From Candidatus Peregrinibacteria bacterium (GTDB lineage Bacteria > Patescibacteriota > Gracilibacteria > UM-FILTER-43-11): 64,000 nucleotides of DNA. Location of the stretch: positions 8,781 to 72,780 of the forward strand of contig JAFGTE010000033.1 of the NCBI GenBank assembly GCA_016934215.1, written 5' to 3'. The position numbers and the translations under genes were made by a program. This document shows positions 57,411 through 64,000 of this stretch, piece by piece. The notes beneath the pieces were generated by a model. The model was given only the letters and a program-made list of their open reading frames with translations, made no database searches and had not been told where the DNA came from. Within the stretch, counting starts at the first letter, position 1, and each line of letters opens with the position of its first letter.

Positions 57411-57974
57411 ATGTCAAGAATTGGTCAGCAAATCATCATTATTCCTTCTGGTGTTGAGGTTACACTCAACGGAAGTCAGGTAAAAATAAAAGGACCTAAA
57501 GGGGAACTGGAAATGAATGTAGATCCTGTTATCAAAGTCACAAAAGAAGATAGTAATATTAAAGTAAAGCGCCGTTCAGATGATCCGCATATGCGAAGTT
57601 TACATGGCTTAACGAGGGCGCTGCTCGCCAATATGGTGAAAGGTGTTTCTGAAGGTTTTGAGAAACGATTGGAGATCATAGGTGTTGGTTACAGAGCTCA
57701 GGTTTCCGGTAAAAAACTAACATTGAATCTGGGTTTTTCACATCCGATTGATTTGACGATTCCTGGGGGACTTTCTGTTGAAATGGATCAGGAAGCTAAA
57801 AATACGCTCGTTATTTCCGGCATTGATAAACAGCTTGTCGGTCAGTTTGCAGCAAATGTCCGAAATTTCAGACCTCCTGAACCTTATAAGGGCAAAGGTA
57901 TTCGTTATGTAGACGAATATGTAGCCAGAAAGGCCGGTAAATCTGCGGTTTCCGGTGGCGGCTCAGGGGCTTAA
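57411..57974 (+). CDS. rplF: 50S ribosomal protein L6.
   Basis: MSRIGQQIIIIPSGVEV...VKIKGPKGEL...GVGYRA matches L6. Confidence 0.95.
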   Translation: MSRIGQQIIIIPSGVEVTLNGSQVKIKGPKGELEMNVDPVIKVTKEDSNIKVKRRSDDPHMRSLHGLTRALLANMVKGVSEGFEKRLEIIGVGYRAQVSGKKLTLNLGFSHPIDLTIPGGLSVEMDQEAKNTLVISGIDKQLVGQFAANVRNFRPPEPYKGKGIRYVDEYVARKAGKSAVSGGGSGA

Positions 57975-57992
57975 TAAGATAAACAATTTATC

Positions 57993-58337
57993 ATGAAACT
58001 ATCTAAATTACAGCAACGACGAAGAAGACAGGTGCGGATTCGCACCAGGGTTTCAGGAACTGCTACCTGCCCAAGACTTTCCGTTCACCGCAGTCTGAGA
58101 AGTATTTATGCTCAACTCATTGATGATGAGGCGGGTAAGGTACTGGCAGCCAGTTCAAGTATGAAAGAAAAGAAAGGTGCCGGTATCGAAGCAGCTAAGA
58201 AGGTAGGAGCTGATATTGCCAAGAAAGCTAAAGCCAAAAAGATCGGAACATGTATATTCGATCGTTCTGGTTATCTTTATCATGGTCGTGTGAAAGCGCT
58301 TGCTGACGCTGCCCGTGAAGGTGGATTACAATTTTAA
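57993..58337 (+). CDS. rplR: 50S ribosomal protein L18.
   Basis: PRLSVHRSLRSIYAQLIDD...FDRSGYLYHGRVKALADAAREGGLQF matches L18. Confidence 0.95.
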   Translation: MKLSKLQQRRRRQVRIRTRVSGTATCPRLSVHRSLRSIYAQLIDDEAGKVLAASSSMKEKKGAGIEAAKKVGADIAKKAKAKKIGTCIFDRSGYLYHGRVKALADAAREGGLQF

Positions 58338-58361
58338 TTCTAGATTTTAGATTTATTAATT

Positions 58362-59000
58362 ATGGCTAAAAAGAACGCAAGAAAAGCAGATGCACATGTT
58401 AAAGAGCAAAAAGAATTTGAAGAAGAAGTTTTGCAGATTGATCGCGTTACCCGCGTGGTGAAAGGAGGTCGTCGTTTAAGATTCCGGGCTACAGTAGCAG
58501 TGGGCGACAAAAAGGGTCGTGTTGGTGTGGGTGTAGGTAAAGCCTCAGAGGTCGTCTTTGGGATCCAAAAGGCAGTTTCTAAGGCAAAAGCAAGTCTTAT
58601 CAAAGTGCCTATTACCAAGGGGGATACGATTCCCCATGCAGTTCGTGTTAAATATAAAGCATCTGAAATGATCGTTATGCCAGCTTCTCCGGGTACGGGA
58701 GTTATTGCCGGTGGGAGTTTGCGTAAAGTACTTCATTTGGCAGGAGTCAAAAACGTGCTGAGTAAAAATGTCGGCTCGCGAAATACGCTGGTGACGGCTC
58801 AGGCGGCTATTAAAGCGCTTAAAGCTCTTCGGCCTGTCAAAGCATCCCAGATGAAAAAATTTGAAGAGGAAAAACCCAAAAATGAGGAAAGGGTAAAAGA
58901 AGAGAATGCTGAAAAACCTAAAAAACAAAGAATGGAGAAAAAAGCAAAAACGGAAAAAACTGAAAATGAAAGTCAATCCAAGGAGACAACTAAGAAATAA
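58362..59000 (+). CDS. rpsE: 30S ribosomal protein S5 with a Lys/Glu-rich C-terminal extension of about 50 aa.
   Basis: IDRVTRVVKGGRRLRFRATVAVGDKKGRVGVGVGKA matches S5. The tail reads KKFEEEKPKNEERVKEENAEKPKKQRMEKKAKTEKTENESQSKETTKK. Confidence 0.95.
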   Translation: MAKKNARKADAHVKEQKEFEEEVLQIDRVTRVVKGGRRLRFRATVAVGDKKGRVGVGVGKASEVVFGIQKAVSKAKASLIKVPITKGDTIPHAVRVKYKASEMIVMPASPGTGVIAGGSLRKVLHLAGVKNVLSKNVGSRNTLVTAQAAIKALKALRPVKASQMKKFEEEKPKNEERVKEENAEKPKKQRMEKKAKTEKTENESQSKETTKK

Positions 59001-59002
59001 TT

Positions 59003-59440
59003 ATGAAACTAAATGAAATGAAATCAAAGGCTGGTTCGACCAAAAGCCGAAAACGTATTGGCCGCGGAAATGCTTCGGGACATGGTACCTATTCCGGACG
59101 TGGCTGTAAGGGGCAGGGGCAGCGAAAAAGCGGAAAAGTCCGGCCTGGTTTTGAAGGAGGTCAGACTCCTTTAATTAACCGCCTTCCTAAACTCCGAGGT
59201 TTTAAAAATCCCACAAAGATTGGTTTTCAGGTGATTAATGTGGGCAAGCTTGATATTTATAAAGATAATGAAGAAGTCAATATTCAAACCCTGCTTGAAA
59301 AGAAACTTGTTTCCAGAAAAGATGTCCCGGTGAAAGTTCTTGGTGATGGCAAAATCACTAAAAAAGTGATTTTAAAAGTTCAAAAGGCCTCCAGGGCAGC
59401 GAAAAATAAAATCATTGCAGCGGGAGGCAAGGTTCTTTAA
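59003..59440 (+). CDS. rplO: 50S ribosomal protein L15. It starts 2 nt after rpsE, so no L30 gene lies between them.
   Basis: RKRIGRGNASGHGTYSGRGCKGQGQR...FEGGQTPLINRLPK matches L15. Confidence 0.95.
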   Translation: MKLNEMKSKAGSTKSRKRIGRGNASGHGTYSGRGCKGQGQRKSGKVRPGFEGGQTPLINRLPKLRGFKNPTKIGFQVINVGKLDIYKDNEEVNIQTLLEKKLVSRKDVPVKVLGDGKITKKVILKVQKASRAAKNKIIAAGGKVL

Positions 59441-59451
59441 TTATTTGAGAC

Positions 59452-60759
59452 TTGTTTAAATACTTACATCAAATTTGGCAGTCTAAAACCCTCAGAAAAA
59501 AGATACTCTTTACCTTGTTTGTTCTGATAATTTTCAGGTTGGCTGCTCATATTACGGTTCCGGGGGTCAATATTGATGCTATTGGTAATATTTTCCAGCA
59601 AAATGATCTACTCGGTGTTTTTTCAGCGTTGACGGGCGGGTCTATGGAAAACTTTTCTATCGTACTGATGGGACTCTCACCCTATATCAATGCTTCTATT
59701 ATTATTCAGCTCATGACAGTGGTTATTCCTAAGCTGGAAGCACTGTCAAAAGAGGGGATGGAGGGGCGTCGTCAGATTAATCATTATACGCGAATACTTA
59801 CCGTGCCTTTTGCTTTACTTCAGTCCTATGGCATGATCATTTTGCTTAATCAGAGTTCAGCTACTGCGGGAGTGCCTTTGATTTCCAGTGTTACTGATTT
59901 GAGTGTGGTTGTTCCGATTATGATCATTGTTACAGCCGGCACCATCTTCCTTATGTGGCTGGGTGAGCTGATTACTGAAAATGGGATTGGAAATGGAATC
60001 AGTTTGCTGATTTTTGCCAGTATTATTTCGGGTATGCCTACTATTGTCGGTCGCATGCTCGGTATTGCGCAAGGGGGTGACACAACCAAATTGGGGTATT
60101 TCCTTGTTTTTATAGTGCTTACCATTCTGATGCTGATGTTTGTGGTGCTCATTACCGAAGGACAGCGAAATATTCCTATTACTTATGCCACGAGGGCTAC
60201 GGGAGGCAAGGGCGAAAAAGCGGGGTTGCCCATTCGCGTCAACCAGGCGGGTATGATCCCCATCATTTTTGCCATTTCGATGATGACTTTTCCCAGTGTG
60301 ATGGCTCAGTTCTTTCAGGCATCTGCTTCCCCTGTTTTGCAGAAGGTTGCGGATTTTATTCTGAAGTATTTTAATGCCACGAATCCGACTTATGTTTATA
60401 TCGTGGTCTACTTCCTGCTCATCATGGCTTTCTCTTATTTTTATGTGAGCGTTACATTTAATCCTGAGCAGGTAGCTGAGAACATCCAGAAACGAGGCGG
60501 TTTTATTCCCGGTATTCGTCCCGGTTCACAAACGGCTGAGTTTTTAGCCAAAGTCTCTGGTCATTTGAATCTTTTTGGAGGAGGTTTCCTGGCCATTGTA
60601 GCCGTTATCCCCATCCTTTTTACAAAGTACACAACTTTATCTTCCGGTGATTTAATTATATCCGGTTCCGGGCTGATCATTGTGGTGGGAGTGGTTCTTG
60701 AACTAATTCGCCAGATTGATGCCCAGTTAGTCATGCACGATTACGATAAACTTTACTAG
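59452..60759 (+). CDS. secY: Preprotein translocase subunit SecY.
   Basis: It has ten TM helices and the motifs GLSPYINASIIIQLM and GELITENGIGNGISLLIF. The start is TTG. Confidence 0.96.
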   Translation: MFKYLHQIWQSKTLRKKILFTLFVLIIFRLAAHITVPGVNIDAIGNIFQQNDLLGVFSALTGGSMENFSIVLMGLSPYINASIIIQLMTVVIPKLEALSKEGMEGRRQINHYTRILTVPFALLQSYGMIILLNQSSATAGVPLISSVTDLSVVVPIMIIVTAGTIFLMWLGELITENGIGNGISLLIFASIISGMPTIVGRMLGIAQGGDTTKLGYFLVFIVLTILMLMFVVLITEGQRNIPITYATRATGGKGEKAGLPIRVNQAGMIPIIFAISMMTFPSVMAQFFQASASPVLQKVADFILKYFNATNPTYVYIVVYFLLIMAFSYFYVSVTFNPEQVAENIQKRGGFIPGIRPGSQTAEFLAKVSGHLNLFGGGFLAIVAVIPILFTKYTTLSSGDLIISGSGLIIVVGVVLELIRQIDAQLVMHDYDKLY

Positions 60760-60829
60760 TAATAAGTAGCGAAGACTCAATATTAAGTATTTATTTGATT
60801 CTGCACTATTACTACTTAGTCCTAATTAA

Positions 60830-61471
60830 ATGGATATTATATTATTTGGAATGCAGGGCTCAGGGAAAGGAACACAAGGTAAAATTTTAGCGGAACGATA
60901 TGGACTCAAGGTTTTTGATATGGGTTCTGCTTTACGTGCCATGATTGCGTCCGGCAGTGAATTAGGCAATAGAATCAAAAATACGGTCGAAAGCGGGAAT
61001 CTGGTGAGTGATGACATTATTATGGAAGTGGTGGAAAAGTTTTTGGCATCAGAGGGGCAAGGTCATAATGTATTATTTGACGGCATACCACGCACAGCAA
61101 ATCAGGCTGAAAAACTTTTAGCTCTTTTGAGTTCTCATGAGCGGGATGCTTTTGCTTTGGATATCAAAATTTCTGAAAAAGTGGCCATAGAAAGACTGAC
61201 TAAAAGACGTATGTGCCTTGACTGTAAAGAAATTTATCCTGCTTTTTTCAAAGGGGATAAGTGCGGTGAGTGTGGCGGTGATTTAGTGACTCGTAGCGAT
61301 GACAGCAATTTAGATAGTATTAAACAAAGGCTTCATAATTTTGAATTAGAAACCAAGCCGGTTATAGAAGATTTTTATCAACGTGACCGTTTGATTGAAG
61401 TGGATGGCGAGCAGGCAATTCCGGATGTTACAGAAGAAATGATTGAGAAAGCGGGCTATCTGTTTTCCTAA
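60830..61471 (+). CDS. adk: Adenylate kinase with a zinc-type lid.
   Basis: The P-loop is GMQGSGKGTQ. Also present are DGIPRT and the lid CLDCKEIY...CGECGGDLVTRSDD. Confidence 0.93.
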   Translation: MDIILFGMQGSGKGTQGKILAERYGLKVFDMGSALRAMIASGSELGNRIKNTVESGNLVSDDIIMEVVEKFLASEGQGHNVLFDGIPRTANQAEKLLALLSSHERDAFALDIKISEKVAIERLTKRRMCLDCKEIYPAFFKGDKCGECGGDLVTRSDDSNLDSIKQRLHNFELETKPVIEDFYQRDRLIEVDGEQAIPDVTEEMIEKAGYLFS

Positions 61472-62227
61472 ATGGGTGATATTACAATTAAAACACCGGA
61501 AGAAATCGAAGTCATGCGTTATGCAGGGGCAGTTTTAACAAGAACACTCGATCGATTAGGGGGGGCGATCAAAGTGGGCATTTCAACAAAGGAGCTGGAT
61601 GATATTGCTGATGAATTTATTTGTAGTCATGAGGGCTGCATACCTGGTTTTAAGGGATATCATGGTTTTCCCGGGTCACTCTGCGCTTCTATTAACGAAG
61701 AAACGGTTCATGGTATTCCGTCAGCGGACCGAATTTTAAAAAACGGTGATATCATTGGTTTGGATTGCGGGGTCTATTATAAAGGGCTTCATACCGATGC
61801 CTGCAGAACGTACATTGTCGGTGAAGCTTCCCCTCAGGTAAAACAATTTGTAAAAGTAACCAAAGGTGCCTTAAAAGAGGCTGTTCAGCAGGTACGTCCC
61901 GGGGGGACTATCGGTGATATTTCAGCGGCGATTCAGGGGGCTTTGGAGCCTTTTGGTTATGCGCCTGTCATTGAGTGCACCGGACATGGTGTGGGACATG
62001 ATTTACATGAAGCCCCCGAAATCCTCAATGCAGGTAAAAAAGGAACAGGGCCTGTGATGAGACCCGGAATGGTACTGGCAATCGAGCCTATTTCGGCAAT
62101 GGGGTCAGGAAAAATCAGACAGGCAAAAGATCACTGGACGCTTTGTACTGTAGACGGCAGTCTTTCCGCTCATTTTGAGGCAACGGTGTTGGTAACTGAA
62201 AAAGGCCATGAAATATTAGCAGGATGA
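61472..62227 (+). CDS. map: Type I methionine aminopeptidase.
   Basis: Diagnostic blocks are FKGYHGFP...CASINEETVHGIP, GDIIGLDCG, GHGVGHDLHE and LAIEP. Confidence 0.94.
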   Translation: MGDITIKTPEEIEVMRYAGAVLTRTLDRLGGAIKVGISTKELDDIADEFICSHEGCIPGFKGYHGFPGSLCASINEETVHGIPSADRILKNGDIIGLDCGVYYKGLHTDACRTYIVGEASPQVKQFVKVTKGALKEAVQQVRPGGTIGDISAAIQGALEPFGYAPVIECTGHGVGHDLHEAPEILNAGKKGTGPVMRPGMVLAIEPISAMGSGKIRQAKDHWTLCTVDGSLSAHFEATVLVTEKGHEILAG

Positions 62228-62339
62228 AATATTATTTACTTCTGTCTATATAAAATTCAAAATCAAAGAAATTCGCTTGATATGCATGTTTTATTTATGT
62301 AAACTCTTACCGCTTACGCTTACGTAAATCAATTTTCTT

Positions 62340-62585
62340 ATGGCCAAGGAAGTTATCGAAGTTGAAGGAAAGGTAATTGAAGCCCTTTCCAACGCGACTT
62401 TCAAGGTTGAGCTGGTCGGAGAAAATTATAAAGGGCATACGATCACGGCACACATTTCCGGCAAGATCCGAATGAATTATATCCGAATTTTACCAGGAGA
62501 TGTCGTGACAGTTGAAATGACCCCTTACGATCTTACGAAAGGGCGTATCATTTACAGACAGCCAACTGTCAAAAAAGAACAATAG
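62340..62585 (+). CDS. infA: Translation initiation factor IF-1.
   Basis: [20 protein letters not shown]...[36 protein letters not shown] matches IF-1. Confidence 0.95.
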   Translation: MAKEVIEVEGKVIEALSNATFKVELVGENYKGHTITAHISGKIRMNYIRILPGDVVTVEMTPYDLTKGRIIYRQPTVKKEQ

Positions 62586-62608
62586 TTTTGTTATCCATTT
62601 CAGCCCCT

Positions 62609-62725
62609 ATGAAAGTTAGAGCATCCGTAAAGAAAATGTGTGAATACTGCCGTATTATCAAACGCAAAGGGGTTGTGCGGGTGATTTGTCCCCGATCCAA
62701 AAAGCATAAACAAAGACAAGGCTAA
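62609..62725 (+). CDS. rpmJ: 50S ribosomal protein L36. At 38 aa it is below the ORF-track cutoff and was read directly from the sequence.
   Basis: Translation gives [38 protein letters not shown] with a TAA stop at 62723-62725. Confidence 0.93.
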   Translation: MKVRASVKKMCEYCRIIKRKGVVRVICPRSKKHKQRQG

Positions 62726-62763
62726 ATCAGTTCTTAGTTTTAGTTATTATCTCTTAGTTAAAT

Positions 62764-63144
62764 ATGGCAAGAATTGCCGGAGTAAACCTACCAAAAGGAA
62801 AACGAATCGAAGTAGCCCTGACATATATTTATGGAATTGGGCGTAGTGCGAGCAGAAAGCTGCTGATGGAGCTTAAAGTTAATCTGGATACAAAGGTAGA
62901 AGATTTAAAACCTGATCAGGAACAGAAAATCCGTGATGCGGTTGGTAAACTTGTTACTGAAGGTGATCTTCGCAGAAAGGTTGGTGATGACATTAAACGG
63001 TTGCAGGAAATTGGTACTTATCGGGGTTTCCGTCATCGTCGTCATTTACCTGTTCGTGGTCAACGTACCAAGACCAATGCCCGCACGAAACGTGGTAAAC
63101 GAAAAACAATGGGTAGTGGAAAGGTAAAGCTTACTAAAACGTAA
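62764..63144 (+). CDS. rpsM: 30S ribosomal protein S13.
   Basis: [26 protein letters not shown]...[23 protein letters not shown] matches S13. Confidence 0.96.
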   Translation: MARIAGVNLPKGKRIEVALTYIYGIGRSASRKLLMELKVNLDTKVEDLKPDQEQKIRDAVGKLVTEGDLRRKVGDDIKRLQEIGTYRGFRHRRHLPVRGQRTKTNARTKRGKRKTMGSGKVKLTKT

Positions 63145-63168
63145 TAATGACTAATTGACCGATACCTT

Positions 63169-63561
63169 ATGGTTGAGAAAGTTGAAAAAAAGAGTCCGAA
63201 AAAAACCAGGAAGAATGTTCCTGAAGCAAACGTGTATGTAACTGCTTCTTATAATAATACACTTATGTCCCTGACGGATCTGGAAGGTAATCTTATTGCG
63301 CAATCCAGTTCAGGTAGTTGTGGCTTTAAGGGGTCTCGAAAGTCCACTCCTTATGCTGCTACAGTAACGGCTGAAAAATTGATTGAAAAAGTCGCTCCTT
63401 ACGGTGTTGAAAAGGTTAAAGTTTTTATCAAAGGAGTCGGAACCGGTCGCGAACAGGCCGTTCGGGGGCTTCAGGCGGCAGGTCTGGAGCTTATGGCTAT
63501 TTTTGACACAACACCCAGGCCTCATAATGGCTGCCGAAAGAAAAAATCCCGCCGTGTTTAA
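63169..63561 (+). CDS. rpsK: 30S ribosomal protein S11.
   Basis: VYVTASYNNTLMSLTDLEGNLIAQSSSGSCGFKGSRKSTPYAA...TPRPHNGCRKKKSRRV matches S11. Confidence 0.96.
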   Translation: MVEKVEKKSPKKTRKNVPEANVYVTASYNNTLMSLTDLEGNLIAQSSSGSCGFKGSRKSTPYAATVTAEKLIEKVAPYGVEKVKVFIKGVGTGREQAVRGLQAAGLELMAIFDTTPRPHNGCRKKKSRRV

Positions 63562-63593
63562 TTTTTGTTTTGAATTTTCAATTTTGAATTGTT

Positions 63594-64000
63594 ATGAGAT
63601 ATACCGGACCTAAAGCAAAGTTGTGCAGAAGACTCGCAGTGAACCTTTTTGGTACTGAAAAATACACTAAAATTCTTCGAAACAGGCAAAGTAAGCCCGG
63701 CATGCATGGTGCCAAGTTTGCTAAAAAAAGTGAGTATGGTCGTCAGCTTGAGGAAAAGCAAAAAGTCCGCTATTTGTTTGGTGTTTCTGAAAAACAAACG
63801 GCTTCTTATATGAGGAAGGCTGTTTCTCAGCCGGGTGATACCGGTCAGAACTTTTTGCGCCTCTTTGAACGTCGGCTGGATAACGTAATTTATGTCGTTC
63901 AGTTGGCGGTAACCCGTCCTCAGGCTCGTCAGATGGTGACCCATGGTCACTTTAAGCTGAACGGCCGTCGTGTGGATATTCCTTCCATTCTCGTTCGTCC
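63594..64000 (+). CDS. rpsD: 30S ribosomal protein S4, 3'-truncated by the window edge.
   Basis: The ATG at 63594 gives MRYTGPKAKLCRRL...GVSEKQ...RRLDNVIY. The frame is open to the end of the window. The antisense track ORF 63558-63950 is spurious. Confidence 0.9.
   Translation, partial: MRYTGPKAKLCRRLAVNLFGTEKYTKILRNRQSKPGMHGAKFAKKSEYGRQLEEKQKVRYLFGVSEKQTASYMRKAVSQPGDTGQNFLRLFERRLDNVIYVVQLAVTRPQARQMVTHGHFKLNGRRVDIPSILVR

Noticed and set aside
63558-63950. A 130-aa minus-strand ORF.
   Set aside because: It is antisense to rpsD, whose N-terminus (MRYTGPKAKLCRRL...) is unmistakable on the + strand from 63594.

Overview
This is a 64-kb window from an AT-leaning bacterium, roughly 40-45% G+C by hand counts of a few lines. 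It uses standard code 11: TGA terminates murA, rpiB and rpsS at the expected lengths. The backbone is the conserved information-processing supercluster rpoB-rpoC, rpsL-rpsG-fusA-tuf (str) and rpsJ...rplO-secY-adk-map-infA-rpmJ-rpsM-rpsK-rpsD. It is preceded by housekeeping genes: murF, murA, pheS, rpiB, rpe, ftsE, dprA, tRNA-Gly(CCC) and tRNA-Arg(GCG). Three properties fit a Candidate Phyla Radiation/Patescibacteria-type genome, though this is inference only. There is no uL30 gene between rpsE and rplO, native genes almost entirely lack Shine-Dalgarno motifs, and several r-proteins carry Lys-rich tails.

The conserved backbone is interrupted repeatedly.
- A 12.7-kb island lies between rpsG and fusA. 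It encodes an SLH-domain protein and four large, paralogous, secreted repeat proteins on the opposite strand. One of these is bracketed by a perfect 17-bp inverted repeat.
- A 4.9-kb island lies between fusA and tuf. It encodes a 1049-aa tail-fibre-like protein with a C-terminal peptidase-S74 intramolecular-chaperone domain, with no other phage genes nearby.
- ssb sits between rpoB and rpoC.
- A four-helix-bundle (23S rRNA intervening-sequence family) gene sits between rpsJ and rplC, bracketed by inverted copies of a dispersed intergenic repeat (GGACTAAGTAGTAAG family).

Other notable items are a ~0.8-kb high-GC foreign lipoprotein gene that carries the only strong SD seen, an 11-bp-phased array of TGGCGCCA palindromes next to a ribbon-helix-helix gene upstream of dprA, and an LTD-SNase extracellular nuclease. 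No CRISPR array, rRNA, transposase, integrase or reverse transcriptase is visible.
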